From: Candidatus Helarchaeota archaeon
GTDB lineage: Archaea; Asgardarchaeota; Lokiarchaeia; Helarchaeales; RDOG01
Direction of reading: 5' to 3'
DNA: 64,000 nt
Assembly: GCA_019058315.1 (NCBI GenBank)
Contig: JAHPZH010000001.1
Location: 631,536 to 695,535, forward strand
Positions 19,478 to 29,333 of this stretch are shown piece by piece. The position numbers were made by a program, and so were the translations under genes. Every line of letters begins with the position of its first letter. Positions within the stretch are counted from its first letter, which is position 1. Below the pieces are notes generated by a model. That model ran no database searches, was not told where the DNA came from, and was given only the letters and a program-made list of their open reading frames with translations.

Positions 19478-20890
19478 TTATGCCACTAATTGTAAAACTC
19501 GATCATATGCCTCTAACGCTTGATCTATAATTTCATTTGTATGAGCCATTGTTGTATAACCTCTACTGCCAGCAAGTGTAAAAACACCCTCTGTTAGTAG
19601 GGCAGCTTGAAATTCGTCCATTACTTTTTTACGAACATTGATTTGGTTAAAGATATCAGGATCTGAAAGTTTTAAAGCTAAAGGAGCACCTGTTTCTATA
19701 TGAAGCACTGATTTAAAATTAAATGCAACAAAGGGCAAATTATATTTTTCAAAAAGTTCTTCCAATCCTTTAGTAAGCCTGTCGCCTGCCGCAGCTGCTT
19801 TTTCTATGGCATTAGTTTCTGCGATTGCTTTAATTGTATGATAACATGCTGCACAAGTTATTGGGTTTGCAGTTACTGTACCACCAGTATATGTCCTTTT
19901 TTTACCTTTTTCTACACCCTCAATTCCTGCAGCGAAATGGATCATAACATCTTCTCTACCACCAACTCCTCCACACATTGGGAATCCATGCGTTATAATT
20001 TTTCCAAAAGCCGTTAGGTCTGGTTTTACATTATAATATTCCTGAGCTCCGCCCATTGCCATTCTGAACCCCGATACTACCTCATCAAAGATTAATAATG
20101 CTCCATTTTCATCACAAACTTCTCGTAAAATTTGATTCCATCCCGGCTTTATCGGATGAGTTCCAGATTCTCCACCAAGGGGTTCTACAATAATAGCAGC
20201 AACATCATTTTCATATTTTTTGAAAACTCGCCGAAGCTTTTTTTCATTATTAGGTGGTATTGAAAGAGTGTGTTTAAGTACTGAACTTGGGATGCCATGT
20301 GATTCAATTGCTTTGATTCCTGGGATATGCATGTCATATACCAATTGATCTCCCCAACCGTGATAAGACCCTCCAATTTTAATTATCTTATTTTTCCCGG
20401 TAAATACTCTTGCAACTCGAAGTGCTGCCATATTTGATTCGGTTCCAGAAGCAAAGAACCTAAATAACTCAACAGATGGAACATATTTCTTAATTTGTTC
20501 AATCGCTTTTATTTCGTATTCTGAAGTAACGCCGTGTGCAGCTTGGTTATTTTGCACGACTTCTGCCACAGCATCACGAATGGGAGCATAATTATGCCCT
20601 AAAATTATTGGACCGCCACAACTTAAAAAATCTATATATTGGTTGCCATCTACATCCCACATATAGGGACCTAATGCCTTATCTATTACTACGGGATATG
20701 GATGTTTAATGCTTAAATTATGTTCTAAACCGCCAGGAATTAAAGTCTTTGCTTTTACAAATAATTCCTTAGATCGAGGAGTTAAATCTTCAAATGCTCC
20801 AATTACTTTCTTCATTTTTTCAGGTGCAATTCTAAGAACGGGCTGCGTAACAAGCTCTCTTAATCTTCTAACAATCTCTTCATATTCCAT
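19478..20890 (-). CDS. Class III aminotransferase (glutamate-1-semialdehyde aminomutase-like)
   Basis: WDVDGNQYIDF, SGTES, SYHG, LIFDEVVSGFR and DLTAFGK motifs. Confidence 0.9.
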   Translation of the reverse strand: MEYEEIVRRLRELVTQPVLRIAPEKMKKVIGAFEDLTPRSKELFVKAKTLIPGGLEHNLSIKHPYPVVIDKALGPYMWDVDGNQYIDFLSCGGPIILGHNYAPIRDAVAEVVQNNQAAHGVTSEYEIKAIEQIKKYVPSVELFRFFASGTESNMAALRVARVFTGKNKIIKIGGSYHGWGDQLVYDMHIPGIKAIESHGIPSSVLKHTLSIPPNNEKKLRRVFKKYENDVAAIIVEPLGGESGTHPIKPGWNQILREVCDENGALLIFDEVVSGFRMAMGGAQEYYNVKPDLTAFGKIITHGFPMCGGVGGREDVMIHFAAGIEGVEKGKKRTYTGGTVTANPITCAACYHTIKAIAETNAIEKAAAAGDRLTKGLEELFEKYNLPFVAFNFKSVLHIETGAPLALKLSDPDIFNQINVRKKVMDEFQAALLTEGVFTLAGSRGYTTMAHTNEIIDQALEAYDRVLQLVA

Positions 20891-21087
20891 TTTTTAACAT
20901 CATCCAATAATAAAAATAATTCTCAATGATTATAACAATTAATATTTGGTTAAAAACTATATTATCATTTTTTTTATGAAATTTTAGATATCAAAAAAAA
21001 TCTAATAAATTCAGAATCCGTAAATAGAATTATGCTGATTTTGGATTTGATATAATTAAAAAAAAAGGATTTTTAGAAATAATAACT

Positions 21088-22404
21088 TTATATTGCAGTT
21101 TTTTTGGCACCCCAAAGACCCATTGCAACGCCCAATTCTCTATGATCTTTTGCATATTTTGCTAAAGGTATATTTTCCATGGTAGCATCTATTGCTTGGC
21201 GAAATGCCATCGCACCTGATCGAGGACCATCTGGATGTGCGTGGATTCCTCCGCCAGAACCAATAACAATATCATTACCTAAAGTCTTCATACATTTATC
21301 AACCATCCCTGCAGTAATTCCTCCTGAAGGCATCGGAAACATTGGCTTAATGTTTGCCATAGGAAACCGACAGTTTCGGGCAACTCTTGTGAATTTTTCA
21401 GATATTACAGAGGCTTTACCATAAGGGGCAGGATGTACAACTATATCTGCACCGCACAACCGTGCAAATTTAGCTAATATTAAATGTGAACTTACTCCAT
21501 GCCAAGGACTCATATACATAGCTCCCGCATAATCCATATGTGCTAGAATCGGAACTTTCACACTTGGATCGCTAGAGAGTTTCCTTAAAACAGGTAATCC
21601 CATAACTAGGTAATTAACCATCAATGCATTAGCTCCTAATTCTTGAGCTTTATCCGCATTTTCGAAGAAGTTTTCTAAATTATCTGTTATGTTTACTGTA
21701 AATAGAGTATCTTCTCCTGATTCTTCCTTGGCTTTGTCCACCTCTTCCATATAGGCAGGTACTCTTTGTTCAAGTGTATTAAAATTTTGATTTGCAAGCA
21801 ACTCATCATCTTTGATTACGTCACAACCTCCCACAGCAGCATCAAAAAATAATTCTCTAAATGAATCATTCCAAGTATAGACACAGGGTTTTATCATGTT
21901 ATTTAGCAAGGGGCGTTTAGGAATATTCAATCGTTTTCTAACACCTTCAATACCAAATTTCGGACCTTTGAAATCCTTCAGATAAGATTTCGGGAACCTA
22001 AGATCTACCATTTTCAAATCTCCACCCATACTTATATTACCAAAGGTGGCAGTTAACATCATAGCTATTTGATTCGCCATATTTATTACTGGAAATGCTA
22101 TTGAAATTGCATACGTACGTTTTGGTTCTTCTTTTTTACCAGGTCGTTCAAATTCATAATCCGGTAGTTGAGTAGCCCAAAGTACTCGCGCAACATGTTT
22201 TTTTCTAACTTCTGGTGTTTCTGCTGGGACAGGAGTCCATGTACCAGTACTCTGTTCAATTGCTAATGCAGGACCTATAAGATCCACATTGATATTTGCA
22301 TCCACCATTCCTATATATGTCCCAATTATATAATCTTCAAAATCAATACCATCTGGAAGTGCCCAAGGCTCAGCCATAAGATCTGGTGGTTCATATTCAC
22401 TCAT
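21088..22404 (-). CDS. RuBisCO-like protein (form IV RLP)
   Basis: EQSTGTW, GPKFG, MIKP, DVIKDDE, PSGG and GGGIHAHPDG motifs. The Lys177 and Arg295 equivalents are replaced (IKPC, AHM). Confidence 0.9.
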   Translation of the reverse strand: MSEYEPPDLMAEPWALPDGIDFEDYIIGTYIGMVDANINVDLIGPALAIEQSTGTWTPVPAETPEVRKKHVARVLWATQLPDYEFERPGKKEEPKRTYAISIAFPVINMANQIAMMLTATFGNISMGGDLKMVDLRFPKSYLKDFKGPKFGIEGVRKRLNIPKRPLLNNMIKPCVYTWNDSFRELFFDAAVGGCDVIKDDELLANQNFNTLEQRVPAYMEEVDKAKEESGEDTLFTVNITDNLENFFENADKAQELGANALMVNYLVMGLPVLRKLSSDPSVKVPILAHMDYAGAMYMSPWHGVSSHLILAKFARLCGADIVVHPAPYGKASVISEKFTRVARNCRFPMANIKPMFPMPSGGITAGMVDKCMKTLGNDIVIGSGGGIHAHPDGPRSGAMAFRQAIDATMENIPLAKYAKDHRELGVAMGLWGAKKTAI

Positions 22405-22732
22405 TTCATTTCAAAACTCCTAAATTAATTTATATTATTTATTTAATAATTAGATTAAAATTATTTAACAATTTTTAATTTAAAAAAAATTTCAATTTGA
22501 AATGCATTTTTAAATTAAAATTTTATCTTAATTACTTTATTTAATATGACTAAAAGGGAAATAATACTAAATTAGATAAGAATTTAAAATCTTAATAAAT
22601 TTTGAATAGAAATATTAAATTTAATAACAAAAGGATTGCAAAACAAATATAAATAAAAAAAAATGAAGGTTCCTCATTAAATTTTAAATATGTCAAAAAA
22701 GTGATATTATTGTACTATATTAGGGATGATTC

Positions 22733-23584
22733 ATGAATTCAGATTCTGAGGAAAAACGAGACCGGATTGGCTGGTTTCAACTCCAACTTCTTTTACAGTT
22801 AGCTTTTAGACCTAAATATGGATATGAGATAATTAATGAAATGAAGATTAATGATATTAAGATTTCAACGGGTCAAGTATACCCAGCCTTAAAAAAATTA
22901 GAAAATAGTGAATATCTGAAAAGTTTTTCAAAAAAAGGAAAGGCTGCAAGGCGAAAATACTACGAAATAACTAAGAAAGGGTTAGAAGCAGTTCGAAATA
23001 CAATTAAACCCATGATATTTAACTTACTCCCAGCTGTTTACACACTACTTGCTGATATTAAAAAAAATATTTTCGATATTGCTGAACTTAAAGAAGGCGA
23101 TAAAGTATTAATATTTTCCGACCCAATTAAACAACCACTTCTCGATTTGGCTCGAATCGTAGGCTATGACGGTGAAGTATATATAACAGTAAATACCCCC
23201 GCAAGTTTTCAAACCGTAAATGATTTCGCTTTATTTTATAATCTTGAAAAAGTCATTAAACCTGTAATTTTAAATGATAAATTTAAGATTCAATTAGGAA
23301 GTAACATTGTAGATCATGGAGTTTTTATGCTTTTTCAACGTCAACAAAGGCAAGCAGCCCAAGAAATTCTGAATGAAATAAAAAGATGTACTAAAAAAAA
23401 TTCAGCGGTTTATATTTTATCAACTGAACCTGGTCTTTTTAGTGAAACTTTTTTGAACTTCTTTGATTTCAGTTATGGTTATGAACAAGAAGAAATTATG
23501 GATTTCTGTAAAGTTGCTGGGCTTAAAATTGAAAGCGTAGATGATATTCAAAGAATTTTTATCATAAAATGTAGAAAAGAGTAA
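22733..23584 (+). CDS. PadR-family regulator fused to a methyltransferase-like Rossmann domain
   Basis: YGYEI...GQVYPALKKLE...RRKYYEITKKG, then LKEGDKVL...LARIVGYDGEVY...LNEIKRCTK. Confidence 0.8.
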   Translation: MNSDSEEKRDRIGWFQLQLLLQLAFRPKYGYEIINEMKINDIKISTGQVYPALKKLENSEYLKSFSKKGKAARRKYYEITKKGLEAVRNTIKPMIFNLLPAVYTLLADIKKNIFDIAELKEGDKVLIFSDPIKQPLLDLARIVGYDGEVYITVNTPASFQTVNDFALFYNLEKVIKPVILNDKFKIQLGSNIVDHGVFMLFQRQQRQAAQEILNEIKRCTKKNSAVYILSTEPGLFSETFLNFFDFSYGYEQEEIMDFCKVAGLKIESVDDIQRIFIIKCRKE

Positions 23585-23784
23585 AAAAATATTTTAGGCT
23601 ATTGATCAGATTTTTTTTTTTTACCACTTTTATATTTAAATTAACGAAAGTTGGGAATTTATATAGATCAATGTGGTTTTGAAAGTAGTTAAAAGACCAT
23701 TCGAGCTATATAAGCAAAAATTCTTCCTTGATGAAATTCTTAAATAATGTTTAAAGAATTTGTTAAATGATCTTATATAAATAG

Positions 23785-24039
23785 GTGAGAATAATTTCAA
23801 TTGAAATAAAAATACAAATAATAATACTTGGGATTTTTTTGCTCGTTGGTGGGATTCTTATAGCTATCGGATTAATCTATCTTATACCACTTATACCAGA
23901 ATTTTCATTTAGCAAATTATTGTCAAGTTCAAAATATCTATTTTCAATACTCTTTTCTAGCATCTTACTAGCAATTGGAGTTGCTTTTGTTATAATCTGC
24001 ATCCATGTTACAAATATAATTAGGAAACATCGAAAATAA
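23785..24039 (+). CDS. Small two-TM membrane protein
   Basis: Two hydrophobic helices and a basic C-terminus. Confidence 0.55.
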   Translation: MRIISIEIKIQIIILGIFLLVGGILIAIGLIYLIPLIPEFSFSKLLSSSKYLFSILFSSILLAIGVAFVIICIHVTNIIRKHRK

Positions 24040-24116
24040 GATATGCTTTTTATTCAATTTTAATGCTAGAAAAACTATACTATGCCTTTTTTCCATCTGT
24101 TTGATTTTTAATTTGC

Positions 24117-25067
24117 CTAAGTTATATCTCTAATTCCATCACTTGTTATTTCAAATACTATTTCACCCTCTGGTAAATAAGGTGAATCAATTAGACGTGC
24201 ACTTCTTTCATTTCTCCTTATTCGTCTCAAATAAATACGAGTTTGAGCTGCATGAGCTAAAATATTACCTCCTGTAGGCTGCGAAGCATCGCCATATGAG
24301 ATTGAAGGATCTGCTTGAATTTGATTTGTGATAAAAACTGCTAAATCATAAGTACTTGCCAAATTCTGGAGAAGATGAAGATATTTATTTAATTTTCCTT
24401 GACGTTTTATTAAAGATTCTGGTCCTAAATATTCAGCACGAAAATGACCGATAACAGAATCAACTATAATTAAACGTGCATTCATTTTTTTTAAAATTTT
24501 AGGTATCTGTTTCGTTATAAAAATTTGATGCTCTGAATTATATGCTCTTGCTACTAATATGTTTTTTAATATTTCCATTGGATGGAGAGAAAGTGCAGAA
24601 GCCATTTCTACAATACGTTCTGGACGAAAAGATCCCTCACAATCAATAAATATCGCACCTGCATCAAGTCCTCCCTCATCCTCAGGGCGTTGTACATTAA
24701 CAGCTAATTGAAAAGCTAATTGAGTTTTTCCAGAACGAAATGCACCATATACTTCAGTGATTGATTGCGATTCTATGCCTCCCCCTAATAAACTGTCTAA
24801 GTTATATGAACCAGTAGTTATTCTACTAATTTTAGTTCGTTTATCATAAATAGAATCCGCTGCTTCAAATGGAGATCCCAATTTTTTTCTCGCTTTTTTT
24901 ATAATTTCTTGTAAAGTAGTTAAACCAATAGCAGATTCATCAGCAATCTGCTCTGGATTAGAAAATGCAAGGCTCTTTACATCAACATATCCAAGTTCTA
25001 TTAACTTTTTTGCAATATTTTTAGGAATACCCGGCAATCCTTTGATCTTAACATCATTTTCTTCCAA
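24117..25067 (-). CDS. radA: DNA repair and recombination protein RadA (Rad51/Dmc1 family)
   Basis: N-terminal HhH (LPGI), LLGGGIE, Walker A GAFRSGKT, FRPERI, Walker B LIIVDS, TNQ, GGNILAH and DSPYLPEGE. Confidence 0.92.
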   Translation of the reverse strand: MEENDVKIKGLPGIPKNIAKKLIELGYVDVKSLAFSNPEQIADESAIGLTTLQEIIKKARKKLGSPFEAADSIYDKRTKISRITTGSYNLDSLLGGGIESQSITEVYGAFRSGKTQLAFQLAVNVQRPEDEGGLDAGAIFIDCEGSFRPERIVEMASALSLHPMEILKNILVARAYNSEHQIFITKQIPKILKKMNARLIIVDSVIGHFRAEYLGPESLIKRQGKLNKYLHLLQNLASTYDLAVFITNQIQADPSISYGDASQPTGGNILAHAAQTRIYLRRIRRNERSARLIDSPYLPEGEIVFEITSDGIRDIT

Positions 25068-25248
25068 TTTCGAATCTTCTTCCCTTACTTTTATTCTATT
25101 AATTGTATGATACCACCTAATATTTCTACTTTCTTGTATAATTTTTATTTTATCAATTTTTAGTCCTTAATAAAATTAATAAATTAATAAAAGATTTAAA
25201 TCCCATAAATTAAATTTAGTTTTCAAAACGTTATTTAGGCGAAATTTT

Positions 25249-25983
25249 TTGAGAATAATACCTGTTATTGACATTCTAAAGGGAGATGTAGTTCATGGAA
25301 AAATGGGAGAGAGGAATAAATATGTTCCAATCAAAAGTGTAATTTGTAAAGACTCTGATCCCCTGAATGTAGCGAAATCTTTTAAATCAAAATTTAATTT
25401 TAAGGATCTATATATTGCTGACTTGGATTCTATAATGAGGGAGAAAATGGAATTTGATTACATTAATAATATTGCTAAATCCACAGGTATGCGAATTATA
25501 ATGGACGCAGGCATTACAACCGTAGATGGATCTGATATCTTATTTCAAAATGGAGTTAGCATCGTTATTATAGCGACCGAAACTCTAAAAAGTTTTCACC
25601 AACTGGCAGAAATAGTCAATGAGTTTGGACCCGAAAAAATTATCACAAGTATTGACCTTTATGAAGGAAAATTAATGGCAAAGAGTGCTGGAATTAATAA
25701 ATTATCTCCAATAGATGTCGCTACTAAAATTGAAGAATTAGGAATAATTGAAACAATAGTCTTGGAGCTTACAAGAGTCGGATCTAACCAAGGTGTCACA
25801 TTAGAATATATAAAACAAATTCAAGAGAAGACAGATTTAAAAATAATAACAGGTGGTGGAGTAAGAATAATTGAGGATTTATATAATTTAAAAAAACTTG
25901 AGCTTTCTGGGTTATTAATCGCCACAGCCTTTCATAATGGTTCAATTAGACCTGAAGACATAAAAGAATTCTATTCATATTGA
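25249..25983 (+). CDS. HisA/HisF-related TIM-barrel protein
   Basis: IIPVIDI, LYIADLD, DAG, IATET, SID, RVGS, GGGVR and ATAFH motifs; HisA-related subfamily rather than canonical HisA. Confidence 0.8.
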   Translation: MRIIPVIDILKGDVVHGKMGERNKYVPIKSVICKDSDPLNVAKSFKSKFNFKDLYIADLDSIMREKMEFDYINNIAKSTGMRIIMDAGITTVDGSDILFQNGVSIVIIATETLKSFHQLAEIVNEFGPEKIITSIDLYEGKLMAKSAGINKLSPIDVATKIEELGIIETIVLELTRVGSNQGVTLEYIKQIQEKTDLKIITGGGVRIIEDLYNLKKLELSGLLIATAFHNGSIRPEDIKEFYSY

Positions 25984-26074
25984 TATTTTCTAGGGAAAAA
26001 TGAAAATAATTAAAAACCCTGAGTTTAATTTCGATTAGTGCATATTTATTATATTCCTAAAGTAAATTTTAATA

Positions 26075-26887
26075 TTATATATTAAAAACTGATTTAGGAA
26101 TTACTTCTAAATTCCATTTTGTAATGAATTTATCTCTTTTATGTTTAATCTTAGAGTCATGGATAATGGAAACTGGAATAAGTAAGCACATCATTATGAA
26201 CGGTTGCATTATTAAGCTAAAAGTACCTTGCCATGGAATATTATAAATAATTGTTTTATAAATTTCGATGCCAAGTCCGATTGGGGTGGTAAAACCTATA
26301 AATCCCGCCCAAGCTGAATTATAGTAATGTCCAACCCCTTCAATAGTTGGAGGATATCTTTTATTTCTATATTTCTTTTTCCTAATACCTATAATGCCCG
26401 TGTCTTGTAGAATCCAACTTCCACTTACTACAACACATGAAACTGGTAAGAAAAGCAAATTTAATGATATACTTGGTAATACATTCTGAAAATAGCTCAA
26501 ATGTGTTTCTGTAGGTGTAATAAAGGCTTGAAACATAATTAATAGCGAATAACAGAACAAAGCTGGGATTGCAAGTCTATATAAATAATCGAAATTTGAA
26601 AATTCAGTTCCTGGTTCAATATTTTTATAATCATACTTATTTAATTTAATAATTTTATGTAATGGGAAATAAATAGACGTCATAAAATCTCCGAATAAAA
26701 AATAAACTCCAATTAGATATAAAGGTTGAAATGTTGCAAGTAACAAAAAATCTATTGGTGCAGTACTCGGAATAAATAAAGCTAAATCTTCATTAGGATA
26801 TAGAATAAACATCATAATTTGACCAAATAAGATCATGGAATATCCACAAAGAAATATTAAAAGAATTTTTTTCATACTATTCACCAA
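26075..26887 (-). CDS. Hypothetical integral membrane protein (about 6 TM)
   Basis: Multiple hydrophobic helices. Confidence 0.65.
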   Translation of the reverse strand: MVNSMKKILLIFLCGYSMILFGQIMMFILYPNEDLALFIPSTAPIDFLLLATFQPLYLIGVYFLFGDFMTSIYFPLHKIIKLNKYDYKNIEPGTEFSNFDYLYRLAIPALFCYSLLIMFQAFITPTETHLSYFQNVLPSISLNLLFLPVSCVVVSGSWILQDTGIIGIRKKKYRNKRYPPTIEGVGHYYNSAWAGFIGFTTPIGLGIEIYKTIIYNIPWQGTFSLIMQPFIMMCLLIPVSIIHDSKIKHKRDKFITKWNLEVIPKSVFNI

Positions 26888-26986
26888 AAAACTTTAATTT
26901 AATTTCCAATCAGATGACAAAAATTTATCGTTCCTTTTATAATCAATATTAGGCATAATTATCAAAGCCATATTAAATTAATAAAT

Positions 26987-27799
26987 TTAAATGTTTCCGC
27001 ACGCCTCACAGCCTGAACGTCTTTTTTGAAAAATATTCTGAATTTTAACTTCTTCTTCGAGTGAAATCCTAATTTTTGGAATAATTTTGCCATAATTAAG
27101 GATATACTTAAACCCTTGATCCACTTGTAGACTAGCGACAATATTCATTGTAGATGCTAGACTTGCCCCACAAGGTAATTTAGGTATTTCTTCTTGTTCA
27201 TTTTCAGGTTCGATATAAACCAAAGTATCAGGGCTATAATAACATTCTAAACATGGAGTTTTACCAGGAATTACTGATATAATAATACCTCTTAATGCAT
27301 TTTCACTAGTTCCACCATCAATAATTGGTTTTCCTTGTTGTACTGCATATGCATTGACCTCGATCCTTGCCTCTTCATTATCAAAACAAGTGAAAATGAT
27401 GTTACTTTGACTAATCAAATCTTCCAATTCAGGCCAAGCAATTACATTATTTTTATAAGCCTCAGTCTGAATATGAAATTTTTTATCTACATTTCTTGCG
27501 TTTCGTATCTCTTTTAACTTTTCTGCTAAAACAAAAGCCTTTGATTTATTTATGTCGTTTCTATTATAAACTAATCTATTAAAATTTTCTTCTTCCACAA
27601 CATCTTTGTCTATTATTATTATTTTTCCGATGCCAGTTCTGGCTAAAATTTGGGCTACAATTACTCCTAGCCCACCTGCACCGCATACGAGAGCAGTCTG
27701 TGATAAAAGTTTATTTATATCATATCCCATAAAAATAATTCGTGAGAACATTTTAGGTGAATTCAGGGCCAGATTCGTTCTATCTTCAATTGGGATCAT
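26987..27799 (-). CDS. E1-like activating enzyme (ThiF family), UBA5-like
   Basis: GAGGLG, DKD, NFNRL, CFDNEEAR, GTSENALRG (UBA5 GVSENAVSG), PCLEC, catalytic CGASLASTM (UBA5 CAASLPTTM), KYILNYG (UBA5 KFLLNFG) and terminal CEAC. Confidence 0.9.
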   Translation of the reverse strand: MIPIEDRTNLALNSPKMFSRIIFMGYDINKLLSQTALVCGAGGLGVIVAQILARTGIGKIIIIDKDVVEEENFNRLVYNRNDINKSKAFVLAEKLKEIRNARNVDKKFHIQTEAYKNNVIAWPELEDLISQSNIIFTCFDNEEARIEVNAYAVQQGKPIIDGGTSENALRGIIISVIPGKTPCLECYYSPDTLVYIEPENEQEEIPKLPCGASLASTMNIVASLQVDQGFKYILNYGKIIPKIRISLEEEVKIQNIFQKRRSGCEACGNI

Positions 27800-27808
27800 T
27801 TTATTACC

Positions 27809-28930
27809 TCAACCATATCTCATAAATTTATCTAAAGTTGTATCCGAATCTTTTTTATTATCCTTCCCTTCTAATTTGCTCAATCTTCTCTCAATATCTT
27901 TAATAGTATTATGAATTTTTTCAAATTGTTCATCAATATTTCTTAAACTGCGAGTATGAAGAGAAATTTCTTCTAAATCTCTTCTCAAAGAATTTACACT
28001 TTTTTTTAATTGTTCAAAATTCTCGATTTTCCCCTTTTGTTTTTCGAATTCTTTCTCCTTTAATATTAGTACTTTTCCTACCATCTCTGATAATTTTATC
28101 TTTTTATCAAGCTCTTTATCTCCAGAAAATAATTCTAAAGTTGGAGAAATTTTAAAATCTTTAGTTATTTTTTCATAAAGATCTTCAATTTTTGCATTCG
28201 CAGGCAAAAAAAATCTATAAGCTATATCGAAATTTTGCCCCAATTTAATATCAATTGGAACAAATGGGATAACTTCTATTTCATCAATGTTCAATAGTAT
28301 TTCTTTATCTGGAATTTCTTGATAACCATATATAAAAATGGGTCGCGAGAGACATTTTCCAACTTCATGAGCCGCATTACTAATAAAATTAAATCTTAGA
28401 TCTTGTATTTTAGAATTTTTTGGTCCGCATAACTGGAAAGTTATTGGGATTGTGAAATGATAAATTTTTAATCTTTCTTCTCTATTGAGATTCCTGATTT
28501 CTATTTCAATTTTGTGAACTTTATCATTAACGGCATTAAATGCTACTAATTCATCTGGATTTAAAACATATATTATGAACACATTTCTATTGTGACTATC
28601 ACGAGCATATTTTGTAAATGTCTCTTTATCTGTATTGCTAAAGGTCAGCATTCTTCCTGGATGTTTATGCATATTCCCTAAAATTTCTAAGCCGATCGGT
28701 AATCCCGCTCTAAGCCTAAAATCCTTTGCAAAGTCAGTTTCTACATATGTGGGTCCTTGTTCATAATAATCAAATTCAATTAAATCATAACAATAAGCAG
28801 TTTTGCCACGAATTAACCCAACAATATAAAATCCAACTTCTGAGCTGGTTTTTTGCCCTTGTTTAATTGCGTGCTTATATAAAAAATTGGGTAGAACTAC
28901 CTTTTCAATTATTGGTCCATTTTCATCCAA
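27809..28930 (-). CDS. JAB/MPN+ metalloprotease with probable ubiquitin-like domains and a C-terminal coiled coil
   Basis: EVGF...HKHPGRMLTFSNTD fits E-HxH-x7-S-x2-D. Downstream beta-grasp-like segments (LPANAKIEDLYEKITKDFKI...LELFSGDKELD) and a heptad-rich tail. Confidence 0.85.
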   Translation of the reverse strand: MDENGPIIEKVVLPNFLYKHAIKQGQKTSSEVGFYIVGLIRGKTAYCYDLIEFDYYEQGPTYVETDFAKDFRLRAGLPIGLEILGNMHKHPGRMLTFSNTDKETFTKYARDSHNRNVFIIYVLNPDELVAFNAVNDKVHKIEIEIRNLNREERLKIYHFTIPITFQLCGPKNSKIQDLRFNFISNAAHEVGKCLSRPIFIYGYQEIPDKEILLNIDEIEVIPFVPIDIKLGQNFDIAYRFFLPANAKIEDLYEKITKDFKISPTLELFSGDKELDKKIKLSEMVGKVLILKEKEFEKQKGKIENFEQLKKSVNSLRRDLEEISLHTRSLRNIDEQFEKIHNTIKDIERRLSKLEGKDNKKDSDTTLDKFMRYG

Positions 28931-29059
28931 ATTAATTCCTCTCCTTAAATTGAAAGAAGGTATCGAATATAAATATAAGACTTCGTGAGAAAAATAAATT
29001 TCCTAAATTCAATTACAAATTCTGAATTTGAATAAATATTATTTAATGAGGTAATAGTA

Positions 29060-29269
29060 TTGGCAGAATCGGTTTATAAAGTTATAGAAGTAGTTGGTTC
29101 ATCGGAAAAAAGCTTTGAAGATGCTATACAAAACATAATAGATAAAGCTGCTAAGACTTTACGTGACTTAAGGATTGCAGAAGTTATACAATTTGATGTA
29201 AAAATTGAAGATAATAAAATAGTCTTATATCGAGCTCGAGTACATCTTTCATTTAAAATGGAAGAATAA
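29060..29269 (+). CDS. Dodecin (flavin-binding)
   Basis: SVYKVIEVVGSSEKSFEDAIQN...YRARVHLSFK. Confidence 0.93.
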   Translation: MAESVYKVIEVVGSSEKSFEDAIQNIIDKAAKTLRDLRIAEVIQFDVKIEDNKIVLYRARVHLSFKMEE

Positions 29270-29333
29270 TAAATCTAAAAATCTATTTTAAATCACTTTT
29301 TTTTTAATTTATCTTGTAAAAATTGCTTTGTTA

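Noticed and set aside
19478-20890. hemL assignment
   Set aside because: Family-level match only; divergent motifs and no tetrapyrrole gene context.
21088-22404. CO2-fixing form III RuBisCO
   Set aside because: Key residues are substituted (IKPC for IKPK, AHM for HR).
26987-27799. Thiamine/molybdopterin sulfur-transfer ThiF/MoeB
   Set aside because: There is no GG-ending ThiS/MoaD, rhodanese or cofactor gene nearby, and the motifs match UBA5 better.
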